NCBI RefSeq assembly: GCF_000150275.1 | Contig: NW_002060975.1 | Span: 66,655-130,654 of the forward strand | Reading direction: 5' to 3' | DNA length: 64,000 bases | DNA from: Trichoplax adhaerens | Lineage: Eukaryota; Animalia; Placozoa | In this document: one piece after another, positions 1 through 12,637 of the stretch | Layout: every line of letters begins with the position of its first letter | Position numbering within the stretch: the first letter of the stretch is position 1 | The notes under the pieces: model-generated | Database searches by the model: none | What the model saw: the letters and a program-made list of their open reading frames with translations, nothing else | What the model was told of the DNA's origin: nothing | Position numbers and translations under genes: made by a program

Positions 1-1215
1 AACGATAGTTGTAACTGTAAATTAAGTTTTACGTACTGATTAGTTTATAAAATAAAATCAGTGGTGATGATACTGGACTAATACAGTATATCGATAGATG
101 AGAGGCCGTTCGATTTCGAGTATTAGTCAAGTTAGAGGAAATCGTCTATTCTATATTGTGTTGCTGAACGATAGTTGTGAGTGTAAATTAAGTTTTACGT
201 GCTGATTAGTTTATGAAATGCAATCAGTGGTGATGATACTGGACTAATATATCGATAGATGAGAGGCCGATCGATTTCGAGTATTAGTCAAGTTAGAGGT
301 AATCGTCTATTCTATATTATGTTGCTGAACGATAGTTGTGAGTGTAAATTAAGTTTTACATGTTGATTAGTTTATGAAATAAATCAGTGATGCTGATACT
401 GGACTAATATATCGATAGATGAGAGGCCGATCGATTTCGAGTATTAGTCAAGTTAGAGGTAATCATCTATTCTATATTGTGTTGCAGAACGATAATTGTA
501 ACTGTAAATTAAGTTTTATGTATTGATTAGTTTATGAAATAAAAGCAGTGGATATATTTGACTAATACGTATATTGATAGATCAGAGGCCGTTCGATTTG
601 GAATATGAATCACGTTAGAGGCAATCGTCTATTTATTGCGATTCTGAATGATAACTATAATTGTAAATTAAGTTACGTACTGATTAGTTTATGAAATAAA
701 AGCAGTGGATATATTTGACTAATACGTATATTGATAGATCAGAGGTCGTTCGATTTGGAATATGAATCAAGTTAGAGGTAATCGTCTATTCTATTGCGAT
801 TGTAGACGATAGTTGTAACTTGTAGCTGTAAATTAAGTTTATGAAATAAAGCCAGTGGTGATACTGGATTAATATATTGATCGATCAGAGGCCATTTGAT
901 TTGGAATATTAATCAAGTTAAAGATAATCGTCTATTTTATTGTGATTCTGAACGATACTTGCAACTGTAAATTAAGTTTTATATCTGATTAGTTTATGAA
1001 ATAAAGCCAGTGGTGATATTGGACTAATATATTGATCGATCAGAGGCCGTTTGATTTGGAATATTAATCAAGTTAGAGGTAATAGTCTATTTTATTGTGA
1101 TTCTGAATGATAGTTGTAACTGTAAATTAAGTTTTATGTACTGATTAGTTTTGTGAAATACAGCCAGTGGTGATATTGGACTAATATATTGATCGATCAG
1201 AGGCCGTTGGATTTC
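1..1215. repeat. Tandem satellite, ~160-bp unit, ~7.6 copies, probably continuing left of the window; lies in the intron of the minus-strand UGT
   Basis: Unit start AACGATAGTTGT-like recurs at 1, 167, 328, 488, 647, ~805, 951 and 1106. Shared blocks are TGTAAATTAAGTTT, GACTAATA, GAGGCC and CAAGTTAGAGG. Confidence 0.95.
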
Positions 1216-1442
1216 CAATCATTTAACCAGATGATCTGCAAGAGCATTTTCAAGTTGCAGATTCCGAGCAATGTAAGCTGATCAAGGCCTTCCCTTATTA
1301 CCATAGCCTTATGAGTAGAGTACAATTGGTGTAACTAGACTATAGCAGTAGCTTATTGACAATAATATACTACCTTTAAGCAAACAGAACATGTTTCTTG
1401 AAGATCAAAATTCAAAACAATAACAAAACAATCCGCCCTTAC

Positions 1443-1827
1443 CGAAATGTTGACTTTTTAACTCTTGCAATAGTTGGTTATCATTGGTAAATGCTTGTAG
1501 ATCTTCTTGAATCAATTTAACACAAGGAGACATAGTGTAATCTTGATGTTTCAAGACTATGGTTAAGCAATCTTCCATGTCTTTCTCCTTCATCGATGTC
1601 TGATAGTACTTGACGGTATATGGCTTATGATTTAAAAATTGGAGAGCAGAAGCCGCTACAACAACGACATGATGACCTCTTTGGTGTAATTCATCACCGA
1701 TAGTAGCCATCGTTTGAGCATGGCTGTGATAGAACTGGGAAACTAACAGAAATTGAGCTGCATAGCACGACTGAAATGATGTTTCTACATGCACTATGGC
1801 TAATGCTAATAGCCATCGAGAGAGCAT
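1443..1827 (-). CDS. UDP-glycosyltransferase (UGT, GT1 family) gene A, first coding exon; the second exon is expected left of the window
   Basis: ATG at 1827. Signal peptide, then YHSHAQTM..IGDELHQRGHHV (catalytic His motif). Ends QHF-G|GTAAG, a phase-1 donor at 1442 in the same position as in the three paralogues. Confidence 0.88.
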
Positions 1828-3094
1828 AGTGTGTGTCAACTTGTGCTAATGTACTGTAAGCAAAGCAGAAATACGTGCAGTAAAAAGATTGTTGTCATCC
1901 AATCAGGCGAGGAAAGCCTGCCTTATTGACCAAAACAAACCATTTACAACTGTATCATTGGATATGAGAAGGGCCCGATTCATTCAATATGAATATATCA
2001 ATATATTCATGAGAATGAACAGTCAAGTCTATTGGATCGCTTTCGATAGTCATGCCTATGCCTCCCTTTTGATCGAGTTAATGATATCTATTGAAGACGG
2101 AGAACGTGAGAAGGCAAGGCCTAGTTAAGTAAACAATTGCTATGATGATGTTGGTTGCTTCCTTTATCTACTGTTGTATTGATGTTATTCAACAGTAATA
2201 TCGAGGATGAAAATACTAAAGTATATGTCCAGCAATCAACTCTATTCGATCATACTATAGGCAACATTTATCCCATAGGACTCTCTATCTGTTGCATTGC
2301 CGATCGTATTGGACTTGTAAAATGGATTTACTGTCCATTCAACGTTCATCAATCGTTTGCTACCCTGAAATGGAATGCGTAGTCATTGAATTCCTTTTAT
2401 CCCCATGCATTTTGCAAGCTTCTACCCCCTTCATCATCGATTTTATAAAAGACAAGTCAATCTGCTTGTTTGCTTCCTTCCTCATCCACTTGCCACCACC
2501 CACAGCCAGTAATGTGCACTGCATCAGCACAGCCTAGCATTGATAGAGGAAGCGATCAAAACTGTTTTGTCGCTCAATTCTATCCCATGTCTACTTTTCA
2601 ATGGCTCATCTTTGCAATAGAAGGCAATATCAAGCGTTATTGATAGCGATGATTGCCTTTTTTGCCACTCTTCAATAAACACTTCAACTTTAACCCACAT
2701 AAAATAAAATAAATTATTTTTCATCGTTATCGACGACAAGCCCATGTTTATCATCAAGAGGTCATGACCTCATTTTGAGCCAGTCCCATTGCAGTTGGTG
2801 CTGTAAACTAGCTCTAGACTAGGATATTGTACAGGCGATTTTAGTCTGTAAGGTCTCCTGTGTTGATCATCGAGGCATAACAACATCAACGTTTAAGCTG
2901 GCTCTATTTTCTAGAGTGCAAAAATAGAAAATAACAACAGCCATTGATGGATAGCATGTTTTGCCATCTTGCTAATCTGATGGATTAATCAACAAGTGCT
3001 CGATCATGCCTGTTCTACAGTAGAATCACTATTGACGACAGCCAGTAGTTGTGAATCCGTATGAGTACTGGCAGGGGGAAAAAAACGAGTTTTA

Positions 3095-3237
3095 ACCGAA
3101 CCGGACCGAACCGAACCGAGCCGTTCTCAGGTGACTTACTGTCTATCCGTACAGTCTGCCAGACTACGACACGTACTGTACACTGTAGAATACAGTCTTT
3201 TGTACGCTGGTCTTGCGTCAATATTTTGATAGTAAGT
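3095..3237. promoter_or_regulatory. Putative bidirectional promoter / non-coding leader exons of UGT-A and UGT-B
   Basis: Minus-strand GTAAGT at 3139-3134 and plus-strand GTAAGT at 3232-3237. Matching acceptors lie just before each ATG (TTTGCTTACAG ending 1854 on minus; ATATACAG ending 3809 on plus). Also a TACTGTACACTGTAG core and an (AACCG)n run. Confidence 0.5.
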
Positions 3238-3838
3238 GTAGTCGACTATCGCATACCAAGCTGGTGAAGATACGCTTTTGACTCGTGTCTTGGCTGTGAC
3301 CTCCAATCGCATCGCCGTGACCTTTTACCGTCCTTGTTTCCTACCTCCATCAGCGCAAAATAAAATAAAATCTGGCGTAAATAACTTCCATCTTCATGAC
3401 TATCATCATTGATTTATTGAAACAACATCGAGTTAGCGGTTATTTTCTCCATGCAATCTGTTCTAGTTGAACTTGTTGAATAGTTGCAACGTTGGCTGCC
3501 GACTTTTTGTTCTCGATCATATTACAAGAAGGAGAATAATCCAAGCCATTCATCGTCATCGTCTTCTTTGCTTCCATCGCTTAGTGGAGAGAAAACTTTA
3601 TTGAAAATCATCCATCACGCTAACACCTTCAAATTCAATTGCAGTCTGTCTTCTCTTATCCACCATGATATCAAAACAGCTCGGTTAAGAATTGATCCTT
3701 CTTACTGGTATTAAATCGATTGATCGACGCTGTTATTAAGAATAGGTGGTGATTGAAAAAAATTCCAATTTTTTTTTCCCCCTCACCATTGAGTATTGAA
3801 AATATACAGTCTTGCTTAGTCTTGCTTCCATTGGCACG

Positions 3839-6073
3839 ATGAAAACCATCATGGTAGTCGGCTTGTGGTTGGTAATGAATGCAATAGCTTGTGTTCAGCT
3901 TTCATCAGCAGCTAAAATTGCCATAGGTGCTTCATTTTATCATAGCCATACTCAAGTTTTAGCTGCCATCGGTGAAGAATTACATAAGAGAGGCCATTCA
4001 GTCACTGTCATCACATCTACAGCCAATCATTTTGTTGCTGGAAGAGGTTACAACATCCTATTTTATGAAACACCAGTTACTCAACATGATATTGGTAGTT
4101 GCACTGCTGTGGCACTCAAGAAGAATGATGTTTTCATTACCACTTGTATGAAGCATTTAATCGATGATAATAAAGCATACATGAATGATGATAGCTTACT
4201 ACAGCAAATCAGAGCTGAAAAATTTGGTAAGCGATAGCTTGACTGCTGTTAGTTAACCTTTCATCCAATGCTCGAGGAATGGGATAGGACTACTGTGTTG
4301 TGCCATTTCTTGTATAGTCACCATACGGTAGAAAATCTTGCAAGTGACATTGATAGGTTACACCAGTCGATGGATATCTTATGTACATAACATACGGCAT
4401 GTCCGCCATATTCTACTTTTCCTATGCCATTGTTGTTCACTTTTGATCATCATGTTATGATGATCAGTCATTTCTCGTATGGGAATACTTGCGATAACAA
4501 GTCAATCTTTTGCTTCAGTAAAATTTAATCCAACAAACATGATAGTTAACCAGGACAAGTTATGTAGCCAACTATAGTGAGCTACAAATGCAATAACATC
4601 ATTAAAGGTGTTGAATCGTACGAAATAGACTAGTAGAAGATAATGCTTACCATACAATGAGATCAAAAAAAAACACACTATTCTCATTTTACACTTCATC
4701 ATCCTATCTAAATAACTTTCTTTATTAAGTCCATTCCAATCTCCTATTCTCTATAGTCTTCATCCAGAACAACCATTTTCCTTAAGCGCAACTGACAATT
4801 GAACATACATGTAGAATACAGTACATGAATGATTGAACATAAATGTAAAGTATAGTACATGAATCTTTTTTTCAATTAATTTCTCTTGATGATGGTCATT
4901 ATAGATGCTATCGTATGCGATATCGCTTGCTATCCGTGCCATGTCGTATCGGAAGCAGCCGAAATTCCAATTCAAATTGATGTCTCAACCCTTGGTTTCG
5001 TGGATCCATTCGTCAGTATTCCATTTCATATACCAGCTCCTCTCGCTTACCTTCCAAGGATGGGCTTAGTCGCTACCAATAAAATGAACTTATATCAGCG
5101 TACTATTAATGTTGTCATCAGTCCTTTAATCATGACATTTCTCGACAATTTCATATTTGATTCCCTTTATAAAGTGGTCAATAAGAGCAAACTCGGTTTG
5201 CAGGCGGTACCTAAATTTATTGATACAAGAGCTACATTTCTAATTGTTAATGGCGATTTTGCAATTGATTATCCACGTCCACTGACGCCAACATCCAAAA
5301 TGGTTGGTCCTGTCCTACCAAAGCCTCCTAAATCTTTGCCACCACACCTGGAAGAGTTTATCACATCGAATCCTAACGGTACTATTGTGGTATCATTTGG
5401 TACAGTTGTAACAGCTGTCAAATATGTTATCGATATCCAAGTACTTTTCATGGCATTTAGTTTATTACCTTATAACGTCATCTGGAAGTATACCGAGGAA
5501 GTTCCCAAACAGTTGCTGACCTCCAATATCAAGATTGTTAAATGGTTACCGCAAAATGATTTACTAGGTCATGCTAATGTGAAAGCTTTTGTAACTCATT
5601 GCGGTTTAAATAGCATCCTAGAAGGTGCTTATCATGGCAAACCAATGCTAGGGATGCCAGTCGTTGGAGATCAGATAGCTCATGCCCAAAAAATTATTGC
5701 CAAAGGTGTTGGTGTCGTCTTGGATATCAAATCAGCAACAGTGAAAGAAATTCATAATTCAATTGTCAAAATTACAACAGATAAACAAATTCTAGATAAT
5801 GCTGCCCAAGTCTCTAAATTAATTAAGAATAGACCTAACGGTAGGACACCAGTTGAAGAGGCTGGCGATTGGGTTGAATTTGCACTCAATTGTGATGGAG
5901 GAAACTATCTAAGGACAGAAGAATATAATTTATCTTGGTATCAGCTATATCTATTGGATGTTTATGCTGTTATTGCTATCATGCTGTTTATATTCGTCAA
6001 GTTATTAAACTTAGTATGGATGGGATTTGCCTGGCTTTGCTGCCGCAAAGGCAATAAACTGAAAGAATCATGA
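3839..6073 (+). CDS. UDP-glycosyltransferase gene B (~518 aa); exons 3839-4226, 4905-6073
   Basis: Signal peptide and SHTQ..GEELHKRGH. Splice KF-G|gtaag...tag|AT gives FDAIVCD. Contains DYPRP, the UGT signature WLPQNDLLGH..FVTHCG.NS..E..YHG.PM..P..GDQ, a TM helix and a KLKES di-lysine ER motif. Confidence 0.95.
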
Positions 6074-9000
6074 GAATTCGATGGATATACTATCAACAAT
6101 TGTTCATGTTCTAACAATCGGTAGCCTTAACAGAAAGAATCCAATTTAATTCATTTAGCTTCAATAAACCCGTCTATATTTCTATGGTTTAACTGTTGAC
6201 TATTATTCATAACATTAGAATATAGTATTACATCACTCTATCTGGTATAGAGCGATGAAATTGGATATTGATTACACTATTGTATATCGTTTACCACAAG
6301 TGCTTGTTATGTTGGGTACAGCTTAACTCACAATCAACAGTCAAACATCATCGTTCATGATTTCGAATATCACTACCGGTAACGGAAAGAGAGAATGAGC
6401 AGTATTAAAAACTTTTTGTGACTTTGGTTTCTATAAAGTAAGATAACTTAGCCAGTCCAAAATCGACAATCGGATTATCAATTAAATGCACTTACTAATC
6501 TACAGTTGATAGGCATAAATAAAGCCTGTTTTAACTCATTTTTCCATTGCAATGACTAAGTATATTACCTCAAAGAGCTAAGCTATCCTGTAACCTTTTT
6601 ATTTGAATTGTACCTTTATATTAAAAGTTAATAACCACTCTATAATATGATGAATACTTTGCAGTATTATGCTAGCATGTTTTTGATTGAAATAAAATTT
6701 TATATACCATGATACAAAATCTACGGTGAATGTAGTTTCAATCTTTTAGTAAATTTAACATATCATTCTCTAAGCCATTTTGGATAATTTGAGACAGAAA
6801 CTGTCCGATCCAATATGAATTAAAGTTGTTGTTAATACATTAATAATTTAAAGATACTTGATTCTTTGTAGCATGTTGTAATATTGCTACCTGAGAGTTA
6901 TTCAATCAATACTATTACGAGTGATTACTGAGTACTAGAAAGGATGATATTCCATTATAAGGCCAGATTATTTTTAAAGCGTGTTTTAAAAATTTTTCTC
7001 TTCTCATTGAATCATAAATGATGAATTGAATAACGTTAAGGCACCATCATGCGTGGATGGTCGCACATACTTTATCTGTAGTTTTAACGGTTATTTGGTA
7101 AGTGTAATCAATACTTAATGATTATTGAGATTGATGCTAGAATAATTATCATAGACAGTAGCCCTAAGTACCCTATTAGGGTAAAATAGGCTACGTAAAT
7201 CAGCAGTTATCAATTTTAGGGATAGTTCTAGCGGTTGAGTGCTTTTATGAAGCTAAATACTGTACTAGTTATAGATTTTAATATATCTTCCATTGATGTC
7301 TGTCTGTTTATGGTACAACTTTAGATAATGTAATGGATTACTGGTTAATCATTTTCTAAGGAAAATAAACGTATTTAACATCTTACGCCTCTACCATCGA
7401 GTAGATTTGCTAATTGAAGTTAACTGCTTGCAAGGTTCAGAAATAAAGTCATATGCTAAAACGACGAGTATTGATATTTTCTACAAAGCAATGTAGTTGC
7501 GATTAAATTTTCTATAGTAATTAAGCTCCTACAGGTAAGCATAACTTTTAAATGTTTACTTCACTTTATTACATAAGATTATGTTCGTCTTACAATGACC
7601 AAGGACTATCTAGCTGCAATCGGACTATATAATCTTAGTCTTAAGCTTATTTGGGGTTGCACTACACGAATGTTAACAACGCAAAGTAGTATACGCATCT
7701 ACGAGGTTAAGGAATAAGGCTTGCTGTAATCACTGCCAGAATACATAAATTTATCTCTCAGACTATTCCCATAACGGTATGACTAATTCCTATAAGTAAC
7801 TTTAAATTGTATCAAAGTTTTTCACCTTAATAACTATTCGAGGAGGGTAAGTTCCGTAGGATCGTCGGGCTAACTAGCTTACCCCATAGAGGTGAAAGAA
7901 ATAGCTTTATTCTTTTACCATTATAACTTAACCGTTGTAAAAATAAGTTATAAACTTTATCTCGCACTATTGATATTAGTATTGAGTATTTATCCTTATT
8001 ACAATACTAATTGTAGAGTCTATTTCAAGAATAAGGGGTAAAATGTTAATTAAGTTATGTTATTGATTAGAATTGGTATCATCAAATTATTATTTAATGC
8101 TAGTACATGCTGTTCCCATCAAGTCATGAAATGTTAGTATTAGAAGTATATGAAAGAAAGGTAATGTAAAGAAGCCTAAACTTCACTATTAGAATTTATG
8201 CTACAATAAAAACGCGCAAAATATGGTGAGTTATGCTGTATATAAGTATATTGTCTCATGAGTGATACACGGTATTCCTTGGAAAATAGATTCCTAACAT
8301 TGCACCTCTCAAGTTTATTGTAAAGAATTGATTCCAGTGAATAAAATTTTTATTATACTATACGTAAAAGAAGTTTTAATAAGATGAAAAGCAATATTGA
8401 AAGGGAAGAAAATTCCTACTCTGGCCTAAATGTGACTAACAGGATGCATTAACCTGTAAACATAAGTATATTCGACCCATAGGATATATAATGCTATCCT
8501 TGAATACTATATAATGCATGGAACTATCAACATTATCTTTCCACCTAGCCATTCTAAAATTCTCCCTAGGATTAATATGGCGTACGCGCTTATGATAGTG
8601 TAGATTTCATATAGACATCTCATTTCATGAAGAAATGCACATACTAATATTATACTTGATTTCCTTTCCATACCTCAGTTTATGTGCATTAGAATAATTT
8701 AAACATACTGTAGGACTAAGTTCAATCAGTTAAATAATTGCACTGAGCTACAAAATAGTGATAATTGCTTACAATATCTATCAAAGGAAATAACATGAAG
8801 ATGACGACTAATTCCAGCCCTATAAGATGTAATGTAGTCAATAATTATTCTAGCAAAATTTAGACTGTTGGCATCAAAATATATCAATATCATGACATAG
8901 CCTGATTAAAGTGATGGGCTGGTAGATCTAGCTATTTTCTTCGTTGAAATCATACGGTACTACAGTAAACAGTATGGGGTAGTAAAAAAATATCGCCATT

Positions 9001-9216
9001 TATTGAATTGAATAACAGCGGCAGTATGGCAAACATGTGTTAATCAATAATTATTAATTTAAATAAATATGACGTTATACGCCGCATCATTAATATAAAT
9101 ATACATATATGTGTATTAATAAAAAGGAGGAATGCCTAATCCTCTGCTAAAGATCCCTATATTATTTATAAAACAATTCTATAGGTCTATACTTTAAAAC
9201 GACATTAAAATTCATA

Positions 9217-12200
9217 ATGGTTTTAACGAATATTTTCAAATTTTGGTTATTACTCATTTTAAGTGCGTTTATAATTCCTAGCCCGTGCAAACCTGCTCGA
9301 TTGCTATTGCTTGTACAGTATTATCCCAGCCATGCACAAATCCTATCTGTTATTGGTGAAGAACTTCAACAACGTGGTCATAATATTACAATTTTGACAT
9401 CATCTTCCAATTATCAGTTCTTAAAGAAGAGAAATCTAACTATTCGATACTATCAGACACCAGTCGATAACGAGGCAATATCTTTATGTACTGCAATAGC
9501 GTTCAAAAATGATGATCAAATGCTTACCCCATGCTCTCGTACTATGACAGATGATGTAAATGCATTTACCCTACAAAAAGAAATACTAGATGAGATGAAA
9601 AAGCAACAATTCGGTAAGGTAGAATCGATCGATAATATAGAAATTAATCGCTATAAAATGTTTTAGCACATACTGCATTTACTTCTATCTTGTTTTTTTA
9701 CTGATATTGTGTTATTGTTATTTATTCCAATCATCTTGCGTAGCAAATTAGTAGCATCAATCGAATCTTTAGCGTAAGATTTTTAGTATTTGCTTGATTA
9801 CCAGCTAGCTGCCCATAGTACGATTTTTATTGCCTCCCTCATTGCCTCTATTTTATATACTTATTCCTATCAGTTAAAATTGCTTCCTCAGCATTGTATA
9901 AAGAGAAGTTATTTTCGTATTACTTTACTAGCTTTAGTAAGTAAGCAAGCAAAATTTATGTTGATAATTGTCAATTTTATCATGAAATACAGATCAGAGG
10001 CTCTTAAAATTGTGATAGCATAGGCGGAAAAGCTTAACTAGCAGATACAATAAATACAGAAGTAATATTGCACTTTTCATTTTTCGTCGATAGGCTATAA
10101 CGCTAACTGCTCGGCATTTCTACATGCTAAAGTGAATTATTAGGCAAGCTTTATTAACTTGATTATAAATCATCATACGAAAGGAGACTTTTGCAAAATA
10201 CTAAAACATTACAAGTTATGTACATCATGGTTTAATTTAAGTCTAAGCAGATACTGTAATTTTCTGACTTGTAAATAAGAAATAGGTTTTGAATACTGTT
10301 GGACAGATTTTATTATATGTCGAACAAGAAAAATACAAGAATATAAGAAATTGCCAAGGAGGTGGCACACATTCTTAGCAACAAATCATAGGATTATAAC
10401 TAGTCATGCACTGGAGGTAGAAGTAGTCATATGGCTATGAAAGAGTAAAATAGCGAATCTCAATCAGTAACTAGATGAGTAGCTTCTACACAAAAGGCTG
10501 AAGAGGATCGTATAATGGAAGGGAAGGATTTCATGAGAAACGCTATATGAGAGGAGAATGATGTGAAGAACACAATTAAATTATACTTCTTACATATCAT
10601 ATTAACATAAATGCGGTAATTAGTAAAATGAGACCTAAAAATAAATTCCTTTTCGAACTCCATTATAATTTATTATTACGATATTTTTGTTTATTGATAC
10701 AAATCACGCTATTTCTACGGATTATTCTATCAATAGTTTTCTCTAAGGGTATGATTACACCTAAATAATTTCTATCCTGACTCCTGTCTTGCAACGTCTG
10801 CTATTGCAACAAATTTCCTTTGCAGTTAGCTACATCAACTACTGCACTTGTAAATGAGCCTACTAATCAAAAAAAAGTAAGGGAGATAATAAATGACTAC
10901 TAACGTTTTGTAGTTTGCTAACTACCGTAAATGATTACAAATGTACCCATACACATACCAATTTCGTATATATTTAATAAAGGTAACTTTAATATGACGA
11001 ACTGGTCCTTTCAAAAAAGAAGCTACAAAGTAGTTAGTTGCGCCTTCAATTCATTAAATCATCATCGCCATAGGTTGCTTGCCATCTATTATCATATTTT
11101 TTCTTTCTTATGACTGCAAATAGCAAATATTACCGTTTATTCCATAATTCTTTCTTACAACCTTGCGTATATATATTCCTACAGGCATTTACCTCAAACG
11201 AAGATTGTTAAAAATTGCAAATCTGACTTTTTTAATTACGCAACAAAAGCTTGATTAAGCATAATTTAAACGAGTATATTCCCTCTTTTTTCTAAACACT
11301 AATATATGCAATGGTCTAGTAACTTATGGAGTCTCAATAAATAATGCACAGTTGCAGATCTGCATGAAAGTTTGATATAAAATAGAAAATAATATTACTT
11401 CATTTGAAGCCTTACATGAACCCTATATATTAATACTCTAGCTTTAAATTTTGTATTTACAGATGGATTAATTTGTGACTTTCTCAGTTACATCTGCCAA
11501 ATTGTTGCCGGCTATACCAAAATTCCAATCCAAATTGATATTTTAGCTAATGGATTTATCGATCCTCTAACTGCAGAATCATTTCATATGCCTAGCCCAA
11601 CGGCTTACGTACCCCAAATCGGAATGATAGCAACAAATAAGATGAATCTATTTCAGCGTATTATTAACACCATACTGGGATACACAATATCATTTATTTG
11701 TGACAAGGTCATATTAGACTTTTATATATATCAGAAAGTCAATATCTCCCATTTAGGATTTTCATCTCCTCCTAAATTTAGCTTTAGAAAAGCAACATTT
11801 CTACTTGTTAATAGTGATTTCGCATTAGATTATCCGCGTCCACTTCCTCCCCATGTCAAAGTGGTTGGTCCAATCCTGTCTAAGCCAGCTGTTCAATTAC
11901 CTGAAAATTTGGAAGCATTTATTGCTGCTAACCGTAATGGTACTATACTAGTATCATTTGGAACAATTATAAATTTAAATAATATATTCGATCTACAAAT
12001 ACTACTCTACGCATTTGCACGATTACCTTATCATGTGATATGGAAATGTAACACCACTTCGTCTCTCAAGGACATACCTAATAATGTTCAGGTATTAGAT
12101 TGGGTACCACAAAATGATGTTCTTGGTCATCCTAACGTGATCGGATTTGTAACCCATTGCGGAGTTAACAGTGTCCTAGAAGCAGCCTATCATAGTGTCC

Positions 12201-12637
12201 CCATTGTGGGTTTACCGATAGCTGGAGACCAGGTTTCATTCGCACAAAAAGTACAGTCTAAAAATACAGGTGTTATTTTAAATATTAAATCGTTTAATGG
12301 AAATGATCTATTCCATGCTATCACGAAGATTACAACAGATCCATGGATACGTGGAAATACCAGTAAAATATCTAGATTGATCAAGAATAGATGTAATCAT
12401 AGAACGCCAAAGCAAGAAGCCGGTGATTGGATAGAATTTGCATTAAATTCTAATGGTGGAAATTATTTACGAACTGAAGAGTACAATTTATATTGGTATC
12501 AGTTACATTTAATCGATGTTGCGGTTGTATTAGTTATAATTGGACTTTTAATGATAAAAGTAATTATGTGGATATGTAGAAGAGTACCAATTAGGAGCTG
12601 GAATTTATTGCAAGAATTAAAATTAAAGGTCTTATAG
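9217..12637 (+). CDS. UDP-glycosyltransferase gene C; exons 9217-9613, 11463-12637
   Basis: SHAQ..GEELQQRGH. Splice QF-G|gtaag...tttacag|AT gives FDGLICD, in frame with the ORF at 11588. Signature WVPQNDVLGH..FVTHCGVNS..GDQ, TM helix, KLKVL end. Confidence 0.95.

Noticed and set aside
4886-4904. ORF-track starts at 4886, 11588 and 16565 as independent genes
   Set aside because: These ORFs are second exons entered by splicing at 4905, 11463 and 16581.
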